Source: Cenococcum geophilum (Eukaryota). From it: 64,000 bases of DNA. Numbering within the stretch: position 1 is the stretch's first letter; each line of letters opens with the position of its first letter. The translations under genes and the position numbers were made by a program. The DNA is taken from the NCBI GenBank assembly GCA_050273025.1, contig CP158635.1, positions 8,308,001-8,372,000 on the forward strand. The letters are read 5' to 3'. Shown one piece after another: positions 51,448 through 64,000 of this stretch. The notes under the pieces were generated by a model. That model ran no database searches, was not told the DNA's origin, and saw only the letters and a list, made by a program, of their open reading frames with translations.

Positions 51448-54400
51448 TTATATACCAACAATTCTAAATAGGGTTCCCGTGGTTATAATAAGGAAGCAGG
51501 AATTAAATATAGAAGTAGTTATTAAAAGCTTCTCTTTATAGTGCTTACTATAGGTAGCCTACTAGTAAGTTCCTACCTCTATAATTCTATATAATAGCTT
51601 AAGTATAACTATAATTATATCTTTAGAATACTAGTGGCAAATTTACTCTAGAAGATATGCTAGTATTAAGCGCTAAAGGGGCATCTTTAATTAAGTATAG
51701 GCTTAAGTAATATCTTATAAATAAACCGCTATTCTATTCTTTATTAAGGAGGGAGCTAATATAACAATAACTTACTAACTAGCTCGTTAAATTATAAAAG
51801 ATTATATAAGAATTATCTCTTTGCTATTATTATTATACCCTTAGATAATAAGCCTTAATTCCTTAAATAGGGCGTTAGTAGCCTTGCCCTTAATCTTATT
51901 AACTATCCTTAACTTAAAGATGTAAACTTTATTAAACTTAGTAGGGTCATACTTCTTAAATTTAAAGACTCCTCTTATAATAAGACCGTCGATCTTCTAC
52001 TTGTTAAATACTTAAAAAGGAGCTTCTAGGGTTATAATACAACCTTTCTTTTAGAGCTATTTTATAAGCTTAAAGTTAGCCTTCTCTTTAGCTATTATAA
52101 AGGCCATTAATAACTTAACTCTATTCTTAATGGCGGCAATAAATTGTTCTTTAAAATTAATAAAATATTAGTAATTCCGTAATCCCTTCGGGCGACCTCT
52201 ACCGCGTTATAGTTATAGCGCATTTACTACAATTATATTAGGATTATAGTTGCCTTCTAGAGTATATTAATTATAATTCTCTTTTAGGGCATCTTTTAGG
52301 GCATCCTGTAAAGGCTTAGAATTATTATCTTTATAGTAAGGCTTAATAACAGTTAAACGGAATTAAGTGGGTCTATAAGGCATCTAAATAGTATAAGTTT
52401 AACTATTAATTATAATAAGTTAGTGTGGGCCTAACCATCCTCCCCTTTTACGCTATACGCGTACTTTAGACTAAAGTAGCAGATTAAGCGTAGTTAAGGT
52501 ATTTAGGCCATTTTTTATTACTAGTGCGTTATTAACCTAGCGTATAGCGTAGAGACGTTACACCTCCTTTATTACCTTACGAATAGCCTTAGCTTATTAT
52601 ATAATAGAGGGAGATAGTAAAAAATTGTTAGTTATTTAAGGGTAGGCGCTAAAGACTAGTAATATAGGTACGAGTTTATCTAGGCTAGCGAAATTATTAA
52701 TAGCTTTAACAGCTATTTATAAGGTAAGTTCTTTACTAGCATCCTTTAGTTCTAAAGAGATAATCTTATATACGCGGCGTAATAGTATATAATATTATTC
52801 TACTTTTCTAATACTATTATATACCTTAACGGGGACTTCCTTAACCTTAATTGCTATTACCTTTATCTATTATTAAAACTCTATAAATAAGAAGTTCTTT
52901 TCTATATTATGGACAATTTAATTAGGGGGTCCTAAATAGACATTAATCTAGTATAACTAAAGGGTATCCTATATGTTTCTAGCTAATATATTTTTTTAAG
53001 AAACGCGCGGCTTAGAAAAAGGTTAAGAAGTTAATAACTTAGAGTACTAGCTTGCCGCTAAGATATATAACATTAATAATAATACAGAAGTTAAAGTTAT
53101 AGTTATTTTTAAGGGTAAACTTAAATTAGCCAGGGGACTTCTAGTTTATTTAGTAGTAATAGTAATACTTTATAAGATGCTTAATTGCCTTAATTTTAAC
53201 TTTATAGCCTACTTGCTAAAGAACCCTAAGTAATTAATAAACGGATAGGTGGCTAAAATGACGGTATAGTTGGCGTAACTCTAACTTAGTTAAGTAGTTT
53301 TAAGTAATACTCTTTTCTAGTTAATAAAGGAGCAACTAGGGGTAACCCTACTTGCGTATAACGGGCACCTAATTATCTCCTTAGATAAATATATTCTTAA
53401 GGTTATTAAGCTTAATGCCTAATTTATTTATATCTCTAATATAAAATAGAAACGGGGTATTTATAAGAATAACATAAAAACTAATATACCCTAAGGGGGT
53501 TTAAACCCTAATTGTGCTAAGAGAGATTATAGTACCTTTGCTAAAACAAATTATATACTAGCCTACCGTTAAATAGTTAATCTAAATAAAGCTATTAAGC
53601 TACTAAAGGGCTTAAACTTAAGGTTCTCCTACTATAGATACTCCTACGGCTCTAGTATCCGGCATAATACTATAGAAGACGTTCGCCGAGTATCTGTCGT
53701 TAAAGGAAAACGCGGAACTCTCCTTTAGCTTATTAAAGATGTCTAATTTCGTAATAGAATAGAGTGTAAATTAGTCATTAAGAATAGCGACAATTTATAT
53801 ACCATTTACCTTACTATACTCAGTAAAGTATTAGTTAGGTAAGTAGTCCTCAATTTCCATATCTATAAGGAGCTATTCGGTCTTATTAACCTCACCCTTA
53901 AGATCTTCTACGCCTTTATATTAAACCAGGAAGCTTTAGAAGTAGGCTATAGTAACCTTATAATTTCTAACATTTCTTATACTCTAACAGAACTTATTAT
54001 ATACCTCCTTTCGCTTATTAAGGGAGTGTTTAGTTAACTAGCAATTTGGCTTCTTATAAACATAGCACTTCTTTTAGTAATTACTTCGAAATAAACCTCT
54101 ATAAGGACCTCTATAATTACCTTATAGTTAACATTAATTATACCCTCTTTTATATTCCCTACTACGGCCACTATATATTTAATCAGTCTAGTTATAATTA
54201 TATTAGTTAGGAATACTTAGTTAGGCAGGGTTTTCGGTATAGAACTGTTAAGGTTCTTATATTCGCATTATAGTACCTATAGTAGAGCGTAGTTCGGTAT
54301 ATACTCCTTTAAATATATGTATAAGTTTATATAGCGCCAAATTATACTTAGGAACGCTATAGCATACTAAGATAACCTGGTCCCTTAGGCTGTTCTTATT

Positions 54401-56880
54401 TTAGTAGGTTTTAGTAAGGCCACGTTAGATTTTCTAGAGTTTATTAAAGAGTAGTTAAAGGCACTCTAAATGAGTCTTTATTGGGTTAGAAGCAATAACT
54501 CTTTAAAATATAGTCTCCCGCTATTTAGACATATAAAGCTAGCGATTCTTATTAGTCTTAAAGTGGGCTCTAGTAAGCTAAAGCATTATATTAAAGCTAT
54601 AGTTTTTACCCGTAATATGGTTGTAATAGAATATTACCGCCTATCCCTTTAACATAATAGAGAAAGCGTAATAGTACTAGTAGCATTAAATTTTAACCTT
54701 ATTGCAACAGTTATAAAAGACCTATAGTTTTACTCCAAGTATATTATATAGTTCTCCCCTAAACTTCTTCTCTTTGTCTAAATATACCTTTATTAGATTT
54801 ATAACTTCTTATAATAAAGGCTTACCAGTTAACTAAAGTAGAGGAGGTAGAGGCGGAGCAACTCTAAGTAGGAGGGCACCTCTAGGTAAGAGAGTAGCTC
54901 TAGGTAGGGGGTTAGCGTTCTAGGGGTTTTAATATAAATTAAAGTTGCCTTCCAAAGAATATAGGTTATTTTTAGGTTTCTATAGTTAACGTATAATCTT
55001 AGCTTCCGTCCATATTAGTTCTTCTATACTAGTAATAACGGCCTAAATATTACTAGTAATTGGGTTACTGTTCTTAATAATATATACCCTATTCCTATAG
55101 AGGAAGTCTTAAAAATCCTAAATAATATTAACGTTGCCAAGTGCCTAGGTATCAGCGGTCTATCCTATAAAATCCTCCCTAAAATACTCCTATAGTTATA
55201 AGTTGGCGTAGTATCTATTTTAGTAGAATACAATATAGTATAGGAGAAAGCCGTTAACTTATTTTGCGGTATAAGTTATTATATTAAAGGCGAATTTATC
55301 CCAATTTTCATTAATAAGTTTCGCGTGCTTAGCTACCCCTAGTAGTAAAGAGTCTTTCCAGTTATTTAAAGTAGGCGTAGCCATGTTTTCGGAGGGAGGG
55401 AAGTGTTATTAGTATAGGGATTGTCGTTTAGTACGCGTTCGTAATATATATTTATCATTTAGTACGCGTTTGTCGTTTAGTACGCGTTTAGATATATATT
55501 TACGATTATAGGGCTTAGGACCAGTTCTAGCCTTAAATCGCGAAGACTTATAAAGCGTATTGTTCTACATAATAGACGCAAGAATCCGTAATCTTAAAAA
55601 GGCTTAGAACTAGTTCTAGCCTTTAAATCCTTAGATTTATAGAAGAGTTCTATTTAAGGTTTAGGACCAGTTTTAACCTTAAAAGATAGCTTCCTCTAGC
55701 ACGAGTAGCACTGGTACAGTAGCTTGTCTCTTCTTAGTGGAATACCTTACTATTCTATAGTATAATAGTAAAGTTAACCACTAATCAGTGTTGGTTACAT
55801 AAGGGGATATTACATAACTACGGTTCGTAAATAGTATAATAATTGTTCTGTTTTCTTCTTAAAGAAAGGGGTGAGGAACTTAAGGTTCCTCACTACACTA
55901 GTGCCGCGGCGGCACGTGATGGCAACTTGCTATACGTGACGGCAATATACCTTATATAGTAACCATTTACCTTTATTCCCGACACCGCCACTACCTCCTA
56001 TAATTATTAATAATAGTAATAGTTCTTACTTTATTAACTTAATTAATAATATATAATAGAAAATATAATTTAAATAATTTAAACTTCTTATTAAATAGAA
56101 AGAATATAAAATATAAACCTAAGAAATCTATGAATAGATTAAGGCTAATATACCTTCCCTAGTAAAAGAATTCTATAAGGACTATCCTTTACGGCCTACT
56201 TTAGCTAGATAGACGCGATATAATGGCAAATAATTACTACCTAATACGAATATATAAAATATAATAGCAGAAAGCTCGAAATTAAAAAGAACTTAAAATA
56301 TATTATAACGTTTATAATATAATTACGTAATACGTAAGATGTTAAGGAACTTTAACTAGCGGTTAAAGTTATCTAATTAGTTAAGAATTGCTTTACTAAG
56401 ACCCTCTGCAAAGATATTAGTTTTACTTACCGCCTTAACTAAGCTAATAGCGATTTTCTATCTTAGGGATAGAAAATCCTAATTAGTCCATTTAATAATA
56501 GAACTAGTAAAACTCTATACCACTACCCGCCGTAAGGATATAAACGCGATAAATAATAAGTCTTAACTAAAATTAAATTATTTTAGACCTTTAGCTAAAG
56601 GGCGGGATACTATAATAGGACTAGCCTAGTTATACTAGAAACGTCTTTCTATTAAGTTCTATTAGATTAATTAAATTTTACTAAAGTCTATTAAAACCGC
56701 ATGCGTATATACGTATATATTGACTACTAAGACCCCTAACTATTTAATTATAAAATTCTCTTATTATTCCTTTCTCTTCTTTACATAACGTCTTGTTCTC
56801 TATAAGAGCTATACCCCTAGATTTAGATAGAATATATTTATTCCTTTAAATCTACTCTAAAGCCTCTTCGATCCCTCACA

Positions 56881-57175
56881 AATCTACTACTAAAAAGTTA
56901 TAAAAAAACCAACTCTCTGTAACCTATAGCGATTTTAATTATTTATATAGTAAGTAGGAGTATACCCTAGCTAAGTTCTAGCGTTTTTGGGTTAAAGAGT
57001 CTTAAATACTTAATACTTAACTAGCTGCGTACGCTTAGTTATCCCGTATTAAGAAGGTTTATAAAAAGGTCTGTTTAAAGGAATTTTGTTTAGCTAAGTA
57101 GGGTCTTTATAAACTTAAATAAAAGAAGGCTAAAAAGGGTTTTAATCTATTAGAAAGAGAAATAACTTTAAATAG
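56881..57175 (+). mobile_element. Fragment of a Gypsy-A-related element (antisense accessory ORF region); target of Gypsy-C and Copia-3
   Basis: Reads AAYA*LSRIKKVYKKVCLKEFCLAK*GLYKLK, aligning with TTYARLVHFKKGYKKVRSKE*RLTK*GLRKLK at 23209-23305. Confidence 0.7.
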
Positions 57176-60100
57176 TGTCGGGAATAAGGCAAGTTGCCAT
57201 TATATATCGCCGCGGCACTAGCGTGGCAAGGAGCCTTAAGTTCCTCGCCCTTCCTTATTCTAATTAATAAGCTTTATTAACCAACATCACTATAACCTAC
57301 TCGAGTAGTCGTTATTAGTAAGTCACCCTATGTAACCAACACTAATTAGTAGTTAAATATATAGTCAACTATAGAGCAGCTAGGTTTTTATATAAAAGAG
57401 ATAGTCTTATATAGGGGTGCTATATGCGCTTATATGGAATAGATCCCGGCGATACTGTACTACCTTAAACTTGCGGAAAACTAGTAATAGAAGTGTTACT
57501 AAGTACTAGGAGATACTAAGTTGCGTCTATTATATAAAATAACCGCGTTTATAAAGATTTGGTTAAATACTTTAGGTTAGAAGTGTTACTAAACCTAGGG
57601 TCCTAAGTTAATGTCTAAAATGCGTTAAACGACGTCCAAAACACGTTAAACAACATCTTAAATTGCCTACCTCTTAATAGTAAACCTATAAGATCCTATA
57701 AAACCGAAAATCCTACCTACCTTTAACGTACGACACCCCGTTAATTCTATACCTACTATAGCGTTAACCTACCTAAAGAAGTATAAGGAAGATATTAACC
57801 TAAAGATATAGAATAAAGCTATAATTAACCTTATAAACGCTAATAAACAAGACTTAAATGAATTTTTATTATACCGTATAGTATATTATAAGGATAGTAA
57901 ATATAATAATACCGCGCTATAGGAATATATAAAGGAGGACTTTATTAGATAGATAAAGGAAATATAGGCCCCTATAAATAAGGATATTATATAAGACTTC
58001 CATAACTTCCTTTAGGAGAATAGAGTATTTATCCCTAAGGATGGGGGTACTATTAGAAACAATATTTAGGAGTAGGTTATTAACGTAAAAGAAGAGCATA
58101 AATAGACTTTATAAGAGATTAAGCACTAACTACGTATTATAAGGAAGCTTAACTTATAATAGAACCTAAGTAATATACCTCTAAAGATAAACCTACCTCC
58201 GCCTTTAACTCCTCTGTATCTAATTTAACCTATAACCTTAATATTAGATACTATACCCTAATAAGAGTAGGCATAGGATCCTATTGCTTTACAATTTAAC
58301 GACCTTTAGACTCTACTAACTAGACCTACGTCCCTACTGCAGCCTATAATATAACCCCTACCTCTTCCATCTTAATCTTAAATTAGAGGCAGTTTAAAAT
58401 TGCTTATAGAGCTTACAAAGCTCTATTTAAATTAGGAAAAGAAGTTTGGCGGGGAATTATATAATATTCTTAATTCGAAACTACGTATCTTTTATAACTA
58501 TTGCTAAAAGGTAAGAATAAAGTCTAATTAATACCATAACGCCTATTCTGTTATGCTTAAGGGCCAAGCTAGTACCTTCTATTATAATCGTTTAGTAGGA
58601 AAAGGATATAATTTTAACCGTATAATATATAAGTTAAGATACCACTTTAAAATAGAAGAGAATAAGTAGTAGTATATATTAGAATGGAGAGAGACTACCT
58701 TTTTAAGGATTATTACTATAAACCTAAGTATCCCTCGGCTTAATTGTCTTTAAAAGCTCTTTAATTAACTTTAAATAATTTAATGTAGTTTATCTAAATT
58801 ATATTAAGAGGACTTTAGCCTATGTAATTAAGTCATTAGCGTATACCGAGGTATTAAAGAATATAACCTTGCTCTCTTTAATCCTATAAATACTTATAAA
58901 GGAGTATATGCTTAATTAAGATCTTTTATTAGCACCGCTCTACGCTTTTAAGAAGTATAGTAATTTAACGCCTAACTCTAACCTACTTTAATTAACCCGC
59001 CTAACTAATATAATTATAATTAGACTAATCGAATATATAGTAGCCGGGGTAGGTAATATAGCAGAGGGTATAATTAACAACTATAAGGTAAAGGTAGAGG
59101 TCCTCGTGGAGATTTATTTTAAAGTAATTGCTAAAAAAAGTGCTACGTTTATAAGAAACCGAATTACTAGTTAACTAGGCATTCTCTTAATAAGTAAAAG
59201 GAGGTATATAATAAGTTTTACTAGAGTATAAAAAACGTTAGAAATTATAAGGTTACTATGACCTACTTTTAAAGCTTCCTAGTTTAATATAAAGGCGTAG
59301 AAGATCTTAAGGGTAAGGTTAATAAGGCTAAATAGCTCCTTATAGATATAGAAATTAAGGAGTACTTACCTAACCAATACTTTACTAAGTATGGTAAGGT
59401 AGATAGTATATAAACCATTACTATTCTTAATAACTAATCTACGCTCTATTTTACTATAAAGTTAAATATCTTTAATAAGCCAAGGGAGAGTTTTACGTTC
59501 TCCTTTAATAACAGATACTCGGCGAATATCTTTTATAGTATTATACCAGATACTAGAGCCATAGGAGTATCTATAGTAGGAGAACCTTAAGTTTAAGCCC
59601 TTTAGCAGCTTAATAGCTCTATTTAGATTAACTATTTAACGGCAGGCTAATATATAATTTGTTTTAGTAAGGATACTATAATTTCTCTTAGCATAATTAG
59701 GGTCTAAACCCCCTTAGGGCATATTACCTTTTACGTTATTCCTACAAATACCCTATTTCTATTTTGCATTAAAGATATAAATAAATTAGGCATTAAGCTT
59801 AATAACCTTAAGGATATACTTATTTAGGGAGATAATCGGGTGCCTATTATACGCAAGTAGGGTTACCCTTAGTTGCTCTTTTATTAACTAGAAAAGAGTA
59901 TTACTTAGAGCTACCTAACTAAGTTAGAGTTACGTTAACTACACTATTATTTTGGCCACCTATCCATTTATTAATTGCTTAGGGTTCTTTAGTAAGTAGG
60001 CCGTAAAGTTAAGGTTAAGGCAATTAAGCATCTTATAAAGTACTACTATTACTACTAAATAAACTAGAAGTCCCCTAGCCGATTTAAGTTCACCCTTAAA

Positions 60101-60978
60101 GATAACTATAACTTTAACTTCTATATTATCGTTAACGTTATATATCTTAGCGGCAAGCTAGTACTCTAAGTTATTAACTTCTTAACCTCCTTCTAAGCTG
60201 TATAATTCTTAAAGGATATATTAGCTAAGAATGCATAAAATACCCTTTAATTATGCTAGATCGATATCTACCTAGGACCCCCTAATTAAATTGTCTATAA
60301 TATAGGAAAGAACTTCTTATCTATAGAGTTTTAATAATAGATAAAGGTAATAGTAATTAAGGTTAAGGAAGTCCCTATTAAGGCATATAATAGTATTAGA
60401 AAAGTAGAGCGATATTATATACTATTACGCCGCGTATATAAGATTATCTCTTTAAAACTAGAGAACGCTAGCGAAAAACTTACCTTATAAATAGCTGTTA
60501 AAGCCATTAATAATTCCGCTAGCCCGGATAGACTTATACCTATATTACTAGTCTTTAGCGCCTACCCTTAAATAACTAATAATTCTTTATCGTCTCCCTT
60601 TATTATATAATAAGCTGAGGCTATTTATAAGGCAATAAAGGAGGTATAATGTCTCTACGCTATACGCTAGGTTAATAACGTACTAGGAATAAGAAATGGT
60701 CTAAATACCTTAACTACGCTTAATTTACTACTCTAGTTTAAGGTACGCGTATAGCGTAAAAAGGGAGAATAGTTAGGCCTATATTAACTTATTATAATTA
60801 ATAGTTAGACTTATACTATTTAAATACCTTATAAACCCACTTAATTCCGTTTAACTATTATTAAGCCTTACTATAAGGATAGCAGCTCTAAGCCTTTATA
60901 GGATGCTATAGAAAATGCCCTAAAGGAGAGCTATAATTAATGTGCTTTAGAAGGTAACCACAATTTTAATATAATTGT
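57176..60978 (+). mobile_element. Copia-3 (Copia-1 family), 5' LTR to integrase, interrupted by Gypsy-D
   Basis: 166-bp LTR at 57176-57341. Colinear with Copia-1, with empty sites where Copia-1 carries insertions (GTAAT ~58170, AATAT ~59286). Confidence 0.93.
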
Positions 60979-63900
60979 TATAACGGAATCCCCCGGGAGG
61001 TACATATCCGATAAGACGGTAGGAGGTTTTATCTATATCCCATCTATATTCCAGAAGACATAGTTAGATAGGTTAGGGGTAAAAGGTTTTACTAGCGTCT
61101 TAGAAGGAATATATAGGAAGCTGGTTCCCCTCTAGAGAAGAACTAGCAATTAGTCTCTAAATAGAAGTGGTTAAAAGCATTTGTCCTTTAATACGTAAAA
61201 CTTATTCTACCTTTAACTTACCTTTAACTTACCTTCTACTTACCAGTAATACTGTTAATTAGATAATTATACGTTCTAGTTAAGCTAGCCTCTTATAATT
61301 CTAATCGCTTACAATCCGTTAGGAATATACGGCTATTAATTAATAATAACGGACTATACTCCTATACCCCACGAAGCAACGCCCTTACCGTAAGAGGCTT
61401 AAAGAGTCTCCCTAGAGGAGCGCATTCCCTCTTCCTATAAAGAAGCCACGGCTAGTCCGTCTAACCTTGCGAGACCCTTAGAAATAATTACCACTAGGGA
61501 GTTATCGGAGCGGTCGCTATACGAGACCCTATAAAAAATAAAGGAGTTGGAGATATAATTAAGATAAGTATATTAAGACTACTAAGAACAATTATAAGGA
61601 CAATTAGAGGAAGTATAGACACCCTAGACACAAAGCGGACTTAAAGGGGTAACGCCACACTATGCTATAACATTAGAAAAACCTAAATTCCGCATAAAGG
61701 AACCTAATAAGTACTATAGTAATAGTCTTCGGAACTATAATCGTTTTATCTAATAATATAAAACTAAGTTTTGGCTAGATCCGAAACGTTACTCTAATAA
61801 GTATAATTAGACACTAATTACTTCTACCTTCCTGCGTGGCACCGTTAAGAGTTTATAGACACGCTATAAGAAGAAACTTACTACACCCCTTAAATTTAGC
61901 AAACTTAGGACCTGGTTAGTTAATTAGGTCTAAAACCCTACTAATTAAGGAATAGACTATAACTAGCGATACTATAACGCTAAACAGCGGGATAGTTAGA
62001 CTGTGGTCCAGTTTATAAACTACTTAGAAGAATTAGAAGACAATATACCCTACTTAGATCTATAGGATAACGCTATATAACTTCACCAGCTACTCGCTAA
62101 GCTACGACCTAAGATTTAATAGGCCATATAAAAGAAGGGCGAAATTCCTACCTCTTAAAAAAAGCTTATCTCTAAAGCTACTTAGATTAAGAGTGCTAAA
62201 AGAGACTATCTAGGCAAGTAAAAGGAACAAGACACTAATAATAAAGAGCATAGGACTAGACCTAGCTTTAATAATAGGGGTAGATTTCGACCTAACCGCT
62301 CTATAGAAGGACAACATAAGTAGGCCTCACAGCCCTAGAGCAATGCTAATTAACCCTAAAATAATAATAGGCAAAGACCTAATCCGTAGGAGGGGAACCG
62401 GGAGACATATACCTATTATAACTGCGGTAAGAAGGGCTATATAAGCCGCTTCTACCGGCAAAAAAAGTAAGAGTTAGCCTAATTGGGAAAAGAGATAGCC
62501 TAGTAAATCTTTACTCCCTTATACTAGGCCAGTAAGAGAAAAAGGGAGTAAACTACCGCATAGTTATTCCTGTCTCTATTTAAGTTAATAATAAATAGGT
62601 AACGTAAAACTGCCTTATAGATAGCAGCGCAAGTATAGGGTTTATTTCTTAATTACTAGTAAAAAAATTAGATTTGGACCTTAGCGGCTTATAAGTATGC
62701 ACTATTTAAAGCATTAGAGGCCACTAAATTCCATACTATAGGGAATAGGCTTTTTCTATAGCTAGCTAGGACCGCAATAGTCTATAAGACACGCAGAAGA
62801 TGCGCTTCTATACTATAGAAATTAAGGGGTACAACTTTATTTTAGGATACCTATGGCTTTACCAAGTTAATCCGGATATTAATTAGCCTTTAGCCTTATA
62901 TTAACATTAGAAGTCTTAACCACGTATTATAATTAAAGATTAAGAGACTTTCTTAAACTATATATAAGAAGAAGGGTGGGTATATACTATATATACCACT
63001 CTTAACACTAAGAACGGGGATATAGGATATTTATTTTTAAATATCCGGCTATACACAGTCAAGGAACTAGAGATTTTATAGGAATATACAGACTTAGAGG
63101 ATATTTCTAGTAAAGAGGCTACATAAACCTTACCTAACCCTATATTAGTTAAGCACGAGATAGACATAGGGGATAAATAACCTCCTTTTAGACTACTGTA
63201 TAACCTATTAAAAAATAAGCTGGCGGTACTATGTTAATATATAGTAGACAATCTTTAGAGAGGATAGATTTAGCCCTCTATAAGCCTAGTAGGGGCACTA
63301 ATTATATTTATACCTAAGAAGGACGGAACCCTTTACCTCTATATTAACTATTAGGCGCTAAATAAGATTACTATAAAGAATTGCTACCTATTACCCTTAA
63401 TAGGGGAGCTTATTAACAGGCTATTAAGCGCAAAGATATTCATAAAATTAGATCTAAAAGATATATACTATCGAATCCGGATTAAAGCCGGCGATAAGTG
63501 GAAAACGGCGTTCTAAATATAGTATAGCCACTTTAAGTACCTAGTGATGCCATTTGGGCTTACTAACGCACCAGTGATATTTTAGGCCTATATTAATAAG
63601 GCATTATTAGGCCTATTAGACACAATATATATAGTCTACCTTAATAATATTATAGTCTACTCTAATAACTATAAAGTATATACGTACTATATATAAATAG
63701 TACTAGAAAGACTATAGGAATATAAGCTCTATATAACCCTAAAAAAGTACATATTCTATACTACTAGTATTAATTTTTTGGGCTTTATTATTAGTGTTAA
63801 TGGAGTATTAATAGAGAAAAGTCGGGTGGACGCTATTAGGGAATAGCCCTACTTTACGACATTTAGAGAAGTATAGGTTTTCTTAGGCACGGCGAACTTC

Positions 63901-64000
63901 TACTAAACATTTATTGTTTATTACTTATAAGTAATACTCCTAATTACCAATCTACTAAAAGGATCCAAGAATAGTAAGAAGTTAGAACCCTTTATATTTA
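60979..64000 (+). mobile_element. Gypsy-D, 5' LTR, gag and PR-RT, running off the right edge
   Basis: LTR starts TATAACGG at 60979 (end ~61251 uncertain), gag knuckle YYNCGKKGYISRFY ~62415, protease LIDSSA ~62615, RT YLNNIIVY ~63637. Confidence 0.9.
62485..62552 (+). promoter_or_regulatory. -1 ribosomal frameshift signal (G GGA AAA plus H-type pseudoknot) at the gag-pol junction
   Basis: Slippery heptamer in the gag frame, 6-nt spacer, stem 1 GCCTAGTA/TACTAGGC, stem 2 TTTACTCCCT/AGGGAGTAAA. The protease lies in the -1 frame. Confidence 0.85.

Larger units (their letters stand above)
44349..55984 (-). mobile_element. Copia-2, full-length GalEa-like Copia interrupted by a LINE
   Basis: 196-bp LTRs at 44349-44544 and 55789-55984, TSD CCGCC, gag ATG ~55385. 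The pol is nearly the reverse complement of Copia-1 pol. Confidence 0.93.
43700..56880 (+). mobile_element. Gypsy-C, 3' remnant (integrase C-half, chromodomain, 3' region, 3' LTR 56611-56880), split by Copia-2
   Basis: IRLLTIFYLKIDS*TKIAN (the RLSTAFHPETDGQTE motif) ~43727, GPY/HPTFH region ~44210-44300, chromodomain 55985-56190, PPT AAAGGGCGGG. Confidence 0.85.

Noticed and set aside
1..64000. Starship or other tyrosine-recombinase giant element
   Set aside because: No captain-like recombinase ORF recognised, and nearly all sequence is explained by smaller elements. A larger element enclosing the window cannot be excluded.

Overview
Filamentous ascomycete (Pezizomycotina-type) DNA. About 90% is a nested transposon cluster heavily mutated by RIP (TpA-rich, CpA/TpG-poor, Gln/Trp/Arg codons turned into TAA/TAG, Cys TGT turned into TAT). 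A GC-balanced host island (about 12.3-18.4 kb) carries one intact 3-exon gene, the branched-chain alpha-keto acid dehydrogenase E1 beta subunit, and a decayed Baeyer-Villiger monooxygenase pseudogene. Elements resolved by eye from termini, target-site duplications (TSDs) and restored reading frames: 2 Tad1-like LINEs, 1 poly(A)-tailed non-coding retroposon, 5 Gypsy/chromovirus copies plus a related fragment, 3 GalEa-like Copia, 2 copies of a Copia-dependent non-autonomous LTR element, 1 TRIM, 2 solo LTRs, a PIF/Harbinger-group element with an ATT TSD, 2 piggyBac-like remnants and 2 non-autonomous TIR elements. Most notable: (i) piggyBac-like elements inserted into TATA with an apparent 2-bp AT duplication instead of TTAA, one carrying a second small gene; (ii) an antisense, intron-containing Zn(II)2Cys6-like plus coiled-coil gene in the 3' region of a chromovirus, with a paralogue elsewhere in the window; (iii) a 593-bp TRIM with a Tf1-type self-priming signal; (iv) a palindrome shared by Copia and Gypsy 3' regions; (v) a roughly 360-codon RIP-damaged ORF of unknown family. 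Coordinates were counted by hand, and de-RIPped proteins are inferences.
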